Shown here: one piece after another, positions 39,461 through 52,278 of the stretch | Layout of the letters: every line of letters starts with the position of its first letter | Numbering within the stretch: the stretch's first letter is position 1 | Assembly (NCBI RefSeq): GCF_006345805.1 | Contig: NC_043004.1 | Coordinates: 33,852,001 to 33,916,000, forward strand | DNA: 64,000 nucleotides | From: Octopus sinensis | Taxonomy: Eukaryota | Direction: 5' to 3' | Position numbers and translations under genes: made by a program | The notes under the pieces: generated by a model | Told to the model about the DNA's origin: nothing | Databases searched by the model: none | The model's input: the letters and a program-made list of their open reading frames with translations, nothing else

Positions 39461-40129
39461 TTCTTATTTGTGTGTCTCTCCTTACTAATGGTCAGCCATT
39501 TTGTATTTTGTATTCCTATTGTATGTGTCTTCATTTGCGCATGCATATACCTCTGTGTGTCTATGTTTAGTCAGTGTGTGTGTGTGTGTGGGGGGGGGAA
39601 TGCCTGTAATATTTGTATCTCCTGTTTATATACATTCGTGTAATTTGTTTCTTGCTTTTGTTTTTGTTTATTTATATTTTGTTCATGTGTTTACACCTAC
39701 TCATTATTATTATTATTTTTTTTTTTACATATATGCATATAACATAGTTATATATTTGTTAATAGTTATTTTCAATACTTTTCTTGCATTGTGTCTTTGT
39801 CTTTTTTTTTTCTTTTTTTTTGTTTTTTTTTGCATCTGTGATTTTAATTTTGATTTTCTATGTAAATGGAGATATTTCTTTCGTTTTGCTGCTTTTCTTT
39901 CTTTGAAATGAAGAAGTACATTGCAGAACTGTTATTTTAATGAGTTGTGTCTATTTATCACCTGATGATACACTTCTGCACTGTTGAGTGTTCCACCTGT
40001 GAAGGATCAGTGCAAAACAATTGTAATTAATAATAAATTCTCATATATTCCATCTTCAGTCTTTCATTTACCATGTATACATACATACATATATATGCAT
40101 ATATACATGCATACATACATACATATATA

Positions 40130-41160
40130 CAGACCAGATCTGTGGATGGTGCAAAGACCCCTCTCAACCCTAGATAACGTGGTGGTGGAACAATGTTGTT
40201 GACAGGGCCATTAGGGAAAAGAAACAGGCTTGGAAGGATTGGAAGAACGGTGGTAGCAGGGAATGGTATCAGACTGCCAGAAGGGAAGCTAGGAGACAAG
40301 TTTATTTAGTTAGAGGGGAAGCAGATAACAAAAAATTTGCCTATATTCTGTGCCGTGAGGATCAAAGACTTGAGGTATTTTGTGTTGCAAGACAGTGTGT
40401 GAGAGAGAATTGTGATGTAGGACAGAAATGTGTCCTCATGTATGATGGTTCACTTGCATTAAATGAGGCTGCAAAGGGAGAGGTTTGGAGATGCCACTAT
40501 GAAAGGTTGCTAAATAAAGAGAATGAATGGGAGAAAGAGAGCTTGCCAAATGCCGACCCAACAGAGGAACCAGCTACCCGAATTGACAGTGCCTTGGTAG
40601 GTAAAACAATTAAGGGTATGAAGACAGGGAAAGCCCCTGGCCCATCAGGAATCCCTGCAGAGATACTCAAAATATCTGGCAGTGTCGTCTATAGTCTAGT
40701 CACCCATATAGTCAACCAGGTGATACATGGAGTCATACCCAATGACTGGTGTAGCAGCACCACAGTCAATTGTTACAAAGGTAAAGGTGACGCTTTAGAT
40801 ACAAATAATTACAGAGGTATCAAGCTGTTGGATCAGGTAATGAAAGTCACGGAGAGGATTGTAGCCCAACTAATTAGGGAGAGGGTCAATCTAGATGAGA
40901 TGCAGTTTGGATTCATGCCAGGAAAAAGCACCACTGATGCTATATTTCTGGTAAGGCAGCTGCAGGAGAAATACCTAGCTAAAGATAAACCTCTGTACCT
41001 GACTTTCGTTGACAAGGAGAAAGCCTTTGACAGGGTCCCCTGAACCCTTATCTGGTGGTCAATGAGGAAACTAGGGATAAATGAATGGTTAGTGAGAGCT
41101 GTGCAAGCCATGTACAGGGATGCTGTCAGTAAGGTGAAGGTTGCCAATGAGTACAGTGAA
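40130..41160 (+). mobile_element. RTE-clade LINE fragment (reverse-transcriptase N-terminal half), pseudogenised
   Basis: MKTGKAPGPSGI..W..S..VNCYKGKGD..NYRGIKLL..QFGFMPGKSTTDAIF..FVDKEKAFDRVP; stop at 41041-41043; truncated at both ends. Confidence 0.93.
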
Positions 41161-41779
41161 GACCTGTTGAGGCAAGTGAAATCGAAATCAAATTCGCTGA
41201 TGTGGCCGATAACAACACGCCCTGACTGGCATCTGTGCTAGTGGAGCACTAAAAGCACCATCCGAGCATGATCGTTGCCAGGGCTGCTGACTGCCTCCCA
41301 TGCTGGTGGCATGTGAAATCACCCACTACACTCTCACAGTGGTTGGTATTATGAAGGGCATTTAAGAAGTTCGCTTTCCAACCATATGATCTTCAGCTTA
41401 AGCCATCTGAGTGGCATTTTCAGGTAAATGTCTTCTACTATAATCCTGGGTCAACCAAAATCTTGTGCATGGAAGCCCATCATATATGTATGTATATTGA
41501 TGGGTTTTGAGGTTTTGCGTGTGTGTATCCTTGTTTAGACATCATGTGATGTGTATAAGTGAACAGCCTCATTACAGAAGCAAGGCTGTTTCTTTCCAGT
41601 CTTCCATAAAAAACATGTTTGGCCATAGAGGAATATTGCCTTGCTTGGAACCAGGGGAGGGTAGGTAACAGGAACAGCATCCAGCCGCAAAATATTTGTC
41701 TCAACGTATCTGGTCTCACTCATGCAAGCATTGAAAATAGACTTTAAATAAAGATGAGGATCACATGCACACACACATA

Positions 41780-41820
41780 CACACACACCATCATATCATC
41801 ATCATCACCATCACCATCAC

Positions 41821-41852
<32 letters not shown>

Positions 41853-41970
41853 CCATCACCATCACCATCATCATCATCACCATCATCATCAACATCACCA
41901 CCACCACTACCACCATCGCCATCATCATCATCACCATTATCACCATCATCATCATCACTGTCATCATCAT
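41780..41970. repeat. (CAT/CAC)n microsatellite
   Basis: Direct inspection. Confidence 0.95.
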
Positions 41971-42064
41971 TTTAATGTTTATTTTTCTGTGTTTTTCAAT
42001 GGTCAGAAGGAAGCCAATCAGGGAAATTCTAATGATTGTAATCTCCTTCTCTTGAGACATACAT

Positions 42065-42097
<33 letters not shown>

Positions 42098-42103
42098 CAC
42101 ACA

Positions 42104-43290
42104 CAAGTCTACAAGTGACACCTCATGTTAATAACTTACAATTTAAAGTATTCTTTGCGTGTTGCTTCCATGTAAACATTTACAAACTGTGTATTTATGT
42201 CACCCAATATGGAAAAGCATTCAAACATGAAACTTTAAGTTATTGATTACCAAATATCAGAATTAAACCGAAATTATACCAACTTTATATCAAGTATTGA
42301 GTTCTTTTAACCTTCTGAAAATAATTCTGAAGATAATGAAAGAGGAGTTTCCTAATACATGTTATTAGTAAAATCACACAAAGCAGTCTTCTAATACTGA
42401 ACATCGATTCTACATTCAATTTGCTTTCAGAAGGAGGTAGTTTCATTTTCTTTTTTTAATGGGGGTAGGGTGAGCTATTTCAATAATTGTATACTATATT
42501 TTCACAAATTGATTGTTTGATTGTTAGATTTCTGTGGCTAATCACTCATCTATAAAATACAAATGACAACTAAATCAGGCAGTGTGTCGTATGTGGTGTG
42601 GAGAAAGAAAAAAAATAAAAGCCGAAACAAAAACAAAAACATACTTGAAAAACAAAGACAAATTTATTATTGGGATGCAATACGATAGCTGTAGTAATGA
42701 CTGAGTTTATAAGCTAATGGCCAATAATTCGATGTTTTAAACTAAAGAACCAGCAAAATATATTTGGAGAAGAATTGATACCCCCCCACCCCCACCCCTG
42801 ATTGAATTAGTCACTTGCTTCTGGAGAGAGACATAACTGACATTCCTTCAGTTCCAATGACAAGGGTTCCAGTTCATCTGATCAGCGGAACAGCCTGCTC
42901 TTGAAACTGATGTCCACGTGGCTGAGTGCTCCACAGCCACAAGTAGCCTTAACATTTCGTAGGCAGATCCAGCATGACACAGAATATGACAAGCCCGGCC
43001 TTTTTGAATTACAGAACAACACATTTTTGCCAGCTGAATATATATATATATATATATAGCCTTACAGAGAAGATGACTAAGGTGTAAGATATCTAGCACG
43101 CTGCTATACCCAGTGCTGGTGCCATGTTGAAAGCACTGGCGCTGGGGCCATATCAAAAGTACCCTGTACACTCTATGAATTGGTTGGCATTAAGAAGGGC
43201 AACCAGCTGTAGAAACCATGCCAAAACTGATGTGGCCAGTACTGGTCAAACTGTCTAGACATGCCAGCATGGAAGATGAACATAAAATGG

Positions 43291-43323
<33 letters not shown>

Positions 43324-44611
43324 CAATATAAAAAAAAGGACCAAAGTGTATGTATGTATGTATGTATGTATGTATGTATGTATGTATGTATATATATATA
43401 TACATATATATATACACACACAAGTCTACAAGTGACACCTCATGTTAATAACTTACAATTTAAAGTATTCTTTGCGTGTTGCTTCCATGTAAACATTTAC
43501 AAACTGTGTATTTATGTCACCCAATATGGAAAAGCATTCAAACATGAAACTTTAAGTTATTGATTACCAAATATCAGAATTAAACCGAAATTATACCAAC
43601 TTTATATCAAGTATTGAGTTCTTTTAACCTTCTGAAAATAATTCTGAAGATAATGAAAGAGGAGTTTCCTAATACATGTTATTAGTAAAATCACACAAAG
43701 CAGTCTTCTAATACTGAACATCGATTCTACATTCAATTTGCTTTCAGAAGGAGGTAGTTTCATTTTCTTTTTTTAATGGGGGTAGGGTGAGCTATTTCAA
43801 TAATTGTATACTATATTTTCACAAATTGATTGTTTGATTGTTAGATTTCTGTGGCTAATCACTCATCTATAAAATACAAATGACAACTAAATCAGGCAGT
43901 GTGTCGTATGTGGTGTGGAGAAAGAAAAAAAATAAAAGCCGAAACAAAAACAAAAACATACTTGAAAAACAAAGACAAATTTATTATTGGGATGCAATAC
44001 GATAGCTGTAGTAATGACTGAGTTTATAAGCTAATGGCCAATAATTCGATGTTTTAAACTAAAGAACCAGCAAAATATATTTGGAGAAGAATTGATACCC
44101 CCCCACCCCCACCCCTGATTGAATTAGTCACTTGCTTCTGGAGAGAGACATAACTGACATTCCTTCAGTTCCAATGACAAGGGTTCCAGTTCATCTGATC
44201 AGCGGAACAGCCTGCTCTTGAAACTGATGTCCACGTGGCTGAGTGCTCCACAGCCACAAGTAGCCTTAACATTTCGTAGGCAGATCCAGCATGACACAGA
44301 ATATGACAAGCCCGGCCTTTTTGAATTACAGAACAACACATTTTTGCCAGCTGAATATATATATATATATATATATATAGCCTTACAGAGAAGATGACTA
44401 AGGTGTAAGATATCTAGCACGCTGCTATACCCAGTGCTGGTGCCATGTTGAAAGCACTGGCGCTGGGGCCATATCAAAAGTACCCTGTACACTCTATGAA
44501 TTGGTTGGCATTAAGAAGGGCAACCAGCTGTAGAAACCATGCCAAAACTGATGTGGCCAGTACTGGTCAAACTGTCTAGACATGCCAGCATGGAAGATGA
44601 ACATAAAATGG

Positions 44612-44644
<33 letters not shown>

Positions 44645-44740
44645 CAATATAAAAAAAAGGACCAAAGTGTATGTATGTATGTATGTATGTATGTATGTAT
44701 GTATGTATGTATATATATATATACATATATATATATACAC
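42104..44740. repeat. Tandem duplication, unit about 1317-1321 bp, two copies
   Basis: caagtctacaagtgacacc at 42104 and 43421. No substitutions found in the parts compared; an internal (TA)n is 4 nt longer in copy 2. Confidence 0.95.
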
Positions 44741-44835
44741 ATACAGTGAAGCTTTACTATAGCGTTATATATTATCAATTAGTATTTCCAGTAAACATTG
44801 GTGCATTGTTGTACCACCATTCTATATTTATAAAT

Positions 44836-44868
<33 letters not shown>

Positions 44869-44903
44869 CACACAAACACACTCATACACACACACATACA
44901 AAC

Positions 44904-44936
<33 letters not shown>

Positions 44937-45039
44937 CACATATACACACACACATATATATACAAGAATTAAGGAATGGAGTAGATTAACCATTAACCAG
45001 CCCACTCAAAAAGTACCTGTGGATCGTAGGGCAACATAC

Positions 45040-45420
45040 GGTGCTTGAGGCGACCTATTGAGTCAAGTACATCAAAATCGAATCACGCCACAGCCAAATG
45101 GAAATTGTAGTGGTGACTAATGCCAGCAATGCCTCGCTGGTTCCCCATGCTGGTGGCACGTAAAAAGCACCATCCAAATGTGGTTGATGCCAACCATGCC
45201 AGCCCCCTCACTCTGACTGGCTCCTGTGCTGGTCATATGTAAAAAGCACCCACTACACTCTCAGAGTGGTTGGCGTTAGGAAAGGCATCCAGCTGTAGAA
45301 ACACTGCCAGATCAGATCAGAGCCTGATGCAGGCTCCTGGCTTCCCAGACCCCACCATCAAACCGTCCAACCCATGCCAGCATGGAAAACAGACGTTAAA
45401 CGATGATGATTTATGATGAT
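45040..45420 (+). mobile_element. Repeat family D
   Basis: gacctattgagtcaagt...ggtggcacgtaaaaagcacc...ggttggcgttaggaaaggcatccagctgtagaaac...ggaaaacagacgttaaacgatgatgat. Confidence 0.85.
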
Positions 45421-45489
45421 GATATATTACAGGGAAGAAAGTGAATTTTGAATGCAGTAAATGTGTGAAAACAGCAGAAAGATTCTTTT

Positions 45490-45982
45490 TATTTTTTTTA
45501 TTCTTTTACTTTTTTCAGCCATTTGACTGCAGCCATGCTGGAACGCCGCCTTTAATCGAGCAACTCGACCCCAGGACTTATTCTTTGTAAGCCCAGTACT
45601 TATTCTATCGGTCTCTTTTTGCCGAACTGCTAAGTGACGGGGACATAAACACACCAGCATCGGTCGTCAAGCAATGCTAGGGGGACAAACACAGACACAC
45701 AAACACACACACATACATATATATAGTTAATCCAAACAAGAAAACACAAAAAAACACAATAACGCGAGGACGTGGAACAAATATAGTATTATTGGACGCT
45801 CAGGAAAGAAGGGAAGAAGGAAAGATGACGGGCTTCTTTCAGTTTCCGCCTACCAAATCCACTCACAAGGCTTTGGTCGGCCCGAGACTATAGTTGGAAG
45901 ACACTTGCCCAAGATGCCACGCAGTGGGACTGAACCCGGAACCATGTGGTTGGTAAACAAGCTACTTACCACACAGCCACTG
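45490..45982 (-). mobile_element. SINE family B, complete, with about 110 bp of unrelated sequence in its internal microsatellite
   Basis: Tail 45490-45700, insert 45720-45825, head 45828-45982 ending gctacttaccacacagccac. Confidence 0.88.
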
Positions 45983-46099
45983 GGTCTTTTACCTTTATAA
46001 GATGGAAAAAAGCAGTTGTCTTTGGGAGTTGAACCTGTACCCCTCAGATGCCGGCTGAGTACTCTACCATCAAGCTAAATGGCCCACTATGTATATAAT

Positions 46100-46297
46100 C
46101 TTTTAGTTGTTTCAGTCATTAGACTGTGGCCATGATGGGCCATCAGCTTCAAGAACTTCAGTGGAATGAATTGACCCCAGGACTTATTTCGTTTTTGTTA
46201 AAACCTGATATTTATTCTGTCAGTCTGTTTTGCAAAACAACTAAGTTAAGGGGACTTAAAACACCAGCATCAGTCGTCAAGCAGTGGTGGGGGACAA

Positions 46298-46334
<37 letters not shown>

Positions 46335-46709
46335 TGCACATGCACACAAACACACACATACAACAGGCTTCTTTCAGTTTCTGCCGAGCAAATCCACTCA
46401 CACGACAAGGCCTTGGTCAGTCTGAGGCCAAAGTCGAAGACACTTGCCCAAGGTACTGCTCAGTGGCACTGAACCTGGAACCATGTGATTGGAAAGCAAA
46501 CATCTTACCACACAGTCATTTGACTGTGGCCATGCTAGAGCACCGACTTTAGTCGAGCAAATCGACCTCAAGACTTATTCTTTGTATGCCTAGTACTTAT
46601 TCTATTGGTCTCTTTTGCTGAACCGCTAAGTTACGGGGACGTAAACATACCAGCATCAGTTGTCAATCGATGTTGTGGGACAAACAGACACACAAATACA
46701 CACACAAAA

Positions 46710-46771
<62 letters not shown>

Positions 46772-46940
46772 TCATATATATGACGTGTTTCTTGCAGTTT
46801 CCGTCTACCAAATCCACTCACATAGCTTTGGTCGGCCTGAAGCTATAGTAGAAGACACTTGCCCAAGGTGCCATTTAGTGGGACTGAACCCGGAACCATG
46901 TGGTTCATAAGCAAGCTACTTACCACACAGCTATTCCTAT
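46100..46940 (-). mobile_element. Cluster of two SINE family B copies
   Basis: Repeated tail-(CA)n-head architecture at about 46100-46515 and 46515-46940. Confidence 0.8.
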
Positions 46941-47369
46941 GCCTATACATACATGCATACATATACATATGTGTATGTGTGTGTGTGTATAAGCATACAA
47001 ATATATGTATATATGCAGACAAGCACAATTACAAGCTGCAGCTCTGTCTTACCTATGGAATCAGTCAAGGGAATCAGTCAGTATTTCTTGCACTGGCTTT
47101 AGTCATATTTTGAAACTGACATTGCACACACAAGCATACACAGGTTCTAATCATTAGTTCGAAATTAATTAGAGCAAAGACAATAACGTAAACGTGAAGG
47201 AAATAGAACTGGAATGAAATATTACCAATGATATCATTCTGAAAATAACTTAAATGACAGACAGGCACATTATGATATTTGTTTGTGTGCACATTCATCC
47301 GAGCATAAAATATGTGTGCAATAAATTCTAACTCATGCAAGCATGGAAAAGTGAATGCTAAAAGCAGTG

Positions 47370-47413
47370 GTGGTGATAATGATGATGATTATGATGATGA
47401 AGATGATGATGAT

Positions 47414-47444
<31 letters not shown>

Positions 47445-47645
47445 TTGATGATGATGATGAGGGGGATGAGGATGAGGATGAGGAAGAAGATGATGATGAT
47501 GATGAAGCGGAGGAGGAGGAGGAGGAAGAAGATGATGATGATGATGAGGAGGAGGAGGAGGAAGAAGTTGATGAGGAGGAGGATGAGGATGAGGAGGAGG
47601 TGGAGGAGGAAGATGATGATGATGATGATGATAATGATGATGATT
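47370..47645. repeat. (GAT/GAG)n purine-rich trinucleotide repeat
   Basis: Direct inspection. Confidence 0.95.
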
Positions 47646-47659
47646 ATACATATGTGTGT

Positions 47660-47900
47660 GTGTGTGACTTAGTGGTTAGGATATTGTACTCATGATAGAT
47701 TGTAAGAGTGTGATTTCAATTCCTGGGCAATGTGCTGTGTTCTTGAGCAAGACACTTCACTTCACGTTACTCCAGTCCCCCAAGCTGACAAAAATGATTA
47801 ATCTTGCATCAGACCGACATCCCAACCAGTTTCCCAGATCCTGTGGTCACAAGACATGGGAAACTGTCCTTATGACCCTATGGCTCGGGAAGGGCCTTTG
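47660..47900 (+). mobile_element. tRNA-headed CORE-like SINE (decayed)
   Basis: acttagtggttagg...tttcaattcc...tgtgttcttgagcaagacacttcacttcacgttactccagt. Confidence 0.7.
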
Positions 47901-47959
47901 GTCCTTTTTTTTTATATCGTTATCATCATCATCATCATCATCATTTAATGTTGCTAGAT

Positions 47960-48055
47960 ATCTTGGTCCTTAGTCATCCTCTCTGTAAGGCTCAGTATCT
48001 CGAAATTGGCCTTCAATATTTTGTCCCATGTCTTCCTGGGTCTCCCACTTCCATA
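47960..48055 (-). mobile_element. RTE LINE C-terminal fragment
   Basis: GSGRPRKTWDKILKANFEILSLTERMTKDQD resembles the RTE GRPRKTW terminus. Confidence 0.7.
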
Positions 48056-48056
48056 T

Positions 48057-48091
<35 letters not shown>

Positions 48092-48128
48092 TAAATGTGT
48101 ATATATATATATGTAATTATCTATATGT

Positions 48129-48435
48129 GGAGGCACAATGGCCCAGTGGTTAGGGCAGTGGATTTGCGGTCGTAGGATCACGGTTTCGATTTCCAGGCCA
48201 GGCATTGTGAGTGTTTATTGAGCGAAAACACCGAAAGCTTCATGAGGCTCTGGCAGAGGGGTGGTGGCGATCCCTGCTGTACTCTTTCACCACAACTTTC
48301 TCTCTCTCTTTCTTCTGTTGGCCTGCTCGCTTAGCCACCGGAGTGGCATCATTTGAAGGCTAAAACAATGCAAAGCGCATTGTGACCAACGATGTGTAGC
48401 AACATCTGATAGCCTGGTCGGTCACGGTGATCACA

Positions 48436-48440
<5 letters not shown>
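48129..48440 (+). mobile_element. tRNA-derived SINE family C
   Basis: ggaggcacaatggcccagtggttagggcagtgg...ggtttcgatttcc...ggtcggtcacggtgatcac. Confidence 0.9.
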
Positions 48441-48486
<46 letters not shown>

Positions 48487-49394
48487 GTGTGTATGTATGT
48501 ATATATATATATACTCACACATACACACACATATATATGTAGAAAATTGTATGTGCAGAGTGAGAGAGAGAAAGAGTGGTGGGAGAAGAGAGTGGTACAC
48601 ACATTTATACGTTCACGCATACACAGTTACATACACAAAAACATAAAGATGTTGACATGATATGAATAGGATACTATCAACAACGCTGATAATAAAATCA
48701 GTGATAGAACATTGAGGGAAACTAAAGATGAAACGAAAACTGTTGACATTATCTAGAACAGTAAAGTAATTTATGTTGAAAATACGCAATGGAAATCCTG
48801 TATCAATCAAGCAGAAAATTTTGTAATTTATCTTTCTTGTGCAGTGACCATATCTCGTAGATAGACTCTGTATAGAGTATATAAGGAAGCTGTATCTTTG
48901 AACTAGGCAGTTTAACTATTCTGTTGTAGAGTGACCAGACATGATGATGACTAAATCAATTGAATAAAATTATATAATGACAATGTAACATAAATGGATA
49001 ACATACTGACCTGTTCGTTCAACTGGACGACAAGGCTCGGACCAGCAATAAACATAGAGAAAGCTTCTCTATTGTTGTCAGCTGAACTGATCTACAGAGT
49101 AAATGGAGTTCCCTCAGAAAACCCATAAACATCCATAAAATGGGGACTGTGTATTTTAAGTCCTAAATCGTAGGGAAGTTTTGTTGCATACAAAATATAG
49201 TTACAAAAAGGAACTGAGTCAAAAAATTCTTTGATGAGATGACTCTGTACACTATAGAAATGGTATTTGCTGATTGAATATGCAAACAGATAGGTTTTGA
49301 GTTCAAATATTTCTCACGCCCTTTGTGGTATATTTGAAAAGGGAAAGAGTGGGCCACAGGTCATGCACCAAGATTAAAACACATTTAATAAATA

Positions 49395-49790
49395 CTAGCA
49401 GTATCGCCCGGCGTTGCTCGGGTTTGTAAGGGAAATAACTATATAAGCATTTTTAGAGAGTTATAGCCAAAAAATAGGAAAAAAATGCATTAAAAATGGA
49501 AAAAAAATTAAGGTAAATTTCTTTTTAAATCGTTGACACATCGTAGATATTTTTAGAGAGTTACTTCCCTTACATAATAGCAAAAAAATGCATTAAAATG
49601 GAAAAATATGATGGTAAATTTTTTTAAATCGTAGACTCATCGTAGACGCGCACTAATACCCAGAAGGGCTCGATATGAATCACGACTATAAGATACCCGG
49701 TTTTGGTTACACTGCACCGCAAAATGTGGGAGTCGTTACGAATCTAAATCATAGGAGACAGACACACAACTTCACTCTTATATATATAGA
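49395..49790 (-). mobile_element. Non-autonomous Helitron (396 bp)
   Basis: Minus strand begins TC(tatatataag) and ends CTAG; subterminal hairpin CCCG-agcaacgc-CGGG; inserted between A and T; internal ~100-bp imperfect duplication. Confidence 0.8.
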
Positions 49791-49897
49791 TATGTCACGT
49801 AGTTATATACACATACTTTGTTATATACATATTCTTAAAAGAAAATGTTATTTTGAATACAACATTTATAAAGAATAAAATATTTTTTGGTTTTTCT

Positions 49898-50060
49898 TAA
49901 CCCTTTCGTTACTATATTTCTGACCAAATTACACCCCTTATGTGTTTCAATTAATTTCTAATGTAATCATAAATTTAGTCTGGTTTCATTAAACAACTAT
50001 AACTTTTTTATTTATCAATATATTAATCTGATTTTTGGAAGATAATTTAATGAAATATTC
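49898..50060. mobile_element. piggyBac-like MITE end (putative)
   Basis: Begins ttaa-ccctttcgttac; similar to 35341-35400; second terminus not found. Confidence 0.4.
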
Positions 50061-50454
50061 TCAACCAATTCTACACTATAATTTTTGTCACAAAGTGACT
50101 CTAATTGCAGGTAGATACAGGTAAGTTCAACAATATATAAAATTATAAAAAATTTTGTTCAAACATTGCTATAGAAAATGGGTTATTAGCTAATATTCAA
50201 TTGGGTATACAACAAAATTTTACGATAGAATTTGTTATTCTGGGTAACTTTCTGATACCCATAATAATATTTATGGCAAAATAGGCTTAATTTAATTTAA
50301 GGTTGTGGGAAATAACAAACTATCCTTTCTTTCGCTTTGTTTACGTTTAGCGTAATGATTTCAAATAGGCTCATTCGAAAAAGTAAAAAGAAATAGTTTA
50401 AGGCTTTATACTCTTCTGGGAAAGTCTGTGGCTTGGTGCAGTTTCTTCAGAAAA

Positions 50455-50858
50455 ATCACCGAAAGAAACAGTTTTTAAATTTTCACTCCATTCAGGTACC
50501 AATTCATTTTCTTAATCGCTGTCGGATTCACTGTTTTCACTTTAATAGCTGCAAACTTGCAAAGACAAAGGAGGAGAAGGGTGATAGCGTCAGTGAAACA
50601 GTCGCTCCCTTTGTGTGTGTGTGCGTTTGCGTGTGGTGTAAACCACATTAAGAAGAGCATTTGACATACACACCAGAATGTGAGTTTTCTGTAAATTTTG
50701 CTTAATTGGAGTTTAAATTTTAAAAACTGGACCTGGCATGACCCGATGCATTCTACTCTTAAAAATGCTAGGTAAATTGTAATTGAAGAAATCCTATATT
50801 GTAGATTTCTATAACTTACAAAGGGAGGCAGATAAAATCTGCCTTTTATAATAAGAGA
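50455..50858 (-). mobile_element. Helitron-like non-autonomous element, 5' part
   Basis: Minus strand begins (A)TCtcttattataaaaggcagattttatctgcct (terminal hairpin); 3' CTAG end not located. Confidence 0.45.
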
Positions 50859-50939
50859 TTGCACATTTCAAAAGCAATATTTTACATTTAATTACAAAGC
50901 AAAACAGATTAGAAAATGTCAACAGTATGATCACAAGTG

Positions 50940-51180
50940 TGAAGGCACATGGCTGAGTGTGTTGAACTCATGATCATAAGGTTGTGGTTTCGATTCCTGG
51001 ACCAGGCAACGCATTGTGTTCTTGAGCAAAATACTTCATTTTCACGTTGCTCCAGTCTACTCAGCTGGCAAAAATGAGTAACTCTGCGATGGACTGGCAT
51101 CCCATCCAGGTGGGGAATTTCTACGCCACTGAAACTGGGAAACTGGCCCTTATGAGCCTGGCATGGCTCGGAAGGAACAT
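50940..51180 (+). mobile_element. tRNA-headed CORE-like SINE
   Basis: gaaggcacatggctgagtg...ggtttcgattcc...tgtgttcttgagcaaaatac...actcagctggcaaaaatgag. Confidence 0.8.
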
Positions 51181-51189
51181 TTATTTTTT

Positions 51190-51430
51190 TTTTTATCACA
51201 AATGTTCAAATTGTTCACCGTCTGCGGCTTTTATTATTTGTTGCATTGTTGCACGAGGAATGCCAATTTCCTGTGATGATCTTTGCACTGATTTTTTTTG
51301 GGACATTTTTGAAACTTGTTTATTGCAGATACGTATGTCTCGTTTAATACCACAGGACAACCAATTCGGTATTTGTTGTGCACACTACCCATTGCACGAA
51401 ATGTTTGGACTAATTGACCAACTGCTGTAT
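51190..51430 (-). pseudogene. Internally deleted Tc1/mariner-type transposase relic
   Basis: TAVGQLVQTFRAMGSVHNKYRIGCP...CPKK, frameshift, KSVQRSSQEIGIPRATMQQIIK (paired-HTH-like), fused directly to AADGEQFEHL* (typical C-terminus). Confidence 0.6.
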
Positions 51431-51534
51431 GCAATATGGTGGTGGTGGTGATGGTGGTGGTGGTGATGGTGGTGATGGTGATGGTGGTGGTGATGATGAT
51501 GATGATGGTGATGGTGATGATGATGATGATGATA

Positions 51535-51569
<35 letters not shown>

Positions 51570-51570
51570 A
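51428..51570. repeat. (GGT/GAT)n microsatellite
   Basis: Direct inspection. Confidence 0.95.
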
Positions 51571-52275
51571 AGAGCCAATTACATCAAATACAAAATAGAC
51601 AGCACATCAGAAAGTGATAAATGCAGAATCTGTGGACAAAATGGTGAAACCGTATGGCATATTACCAGCCAATGTATGCCACTAACGCAGAAAGAACATA
51701 AGAGACATCATGACAATATAGCAAAGATTGTCCATTGGACACTTTGCAACAAGTATGGACTTGACAGAGCTAAAAAGTGGTATGAACATAAACCCAAAGG
51801 CATTACAGAAAACGATAATGCAGAGATCCTATGGGATTTTAATGATTCAGTGTGACCATGAGATAGAGAATAGAAACCAGACACAGTCTTAATTGAGAAA
51901 GAAAACAAACTATGCTGGATCATAGATATAGCTGACAACAAGGTATGCTAAAAAGAAGAAAGAAAAGTCGATAGACATGACAGGTTAACTTGGGAGGTTA
52001 AGCAGTTGTGGTCAATGAAAAAGATGGTAGTAGTACCAGTAATTGTTGGAGCCCTGGGAACAGTGAGTAAAAATCTTGAGAAGTACATGGAACAAATAGG
52101 GGCTGCAATAAGGGCGGAGCACTTGCAGAAAACAACACTGCTTGGAACCGCTCGAATACTCTGAAAGGTGCTCAAAAAATAAGAGTTGTTACCTTAGTTC
52201 ACTGGTAGTGAACAGCTGAGGCTGCAGTACACCTCTGGTGTTAGAAGCTGTGCAAAGGCAATGATAATAATAATA
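51570..52275 (+). mobile_element. R4/Dong-type LINE 3' end (CCHC knuckle, restriction-like endonuclease, 3' UTR, (TAA)n)
   Basis: CRICGQNGETVWHITSQC zinc knuckle; homologous to 26577-27150, including the UTR agaagctgtgcaaaggca. Confidence 0.9.
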
Positions 52276-52278
52276 ATA

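Noticed and set aside
40399-41043. Functional reverse transcriptase
   Set aside because: Stops after DKEKAFDRVP, lacks the YADD region and endonuclease, and is frameshifted upstream
47312-47695. Poly-Asp/Glu ORF resembling a nucleolin/prothymosin acidic tract
   Set aside because: It is a pure (GAT/GAG)n repeat with no flanking domain or splice context
50101-50127. 10-nt micro-exon cag|GTAGATACAG|gtaagt
   Set aside because: No polypyrimidine tract, probably inside a MITE, and such motifs are expected by chance in 64 kb
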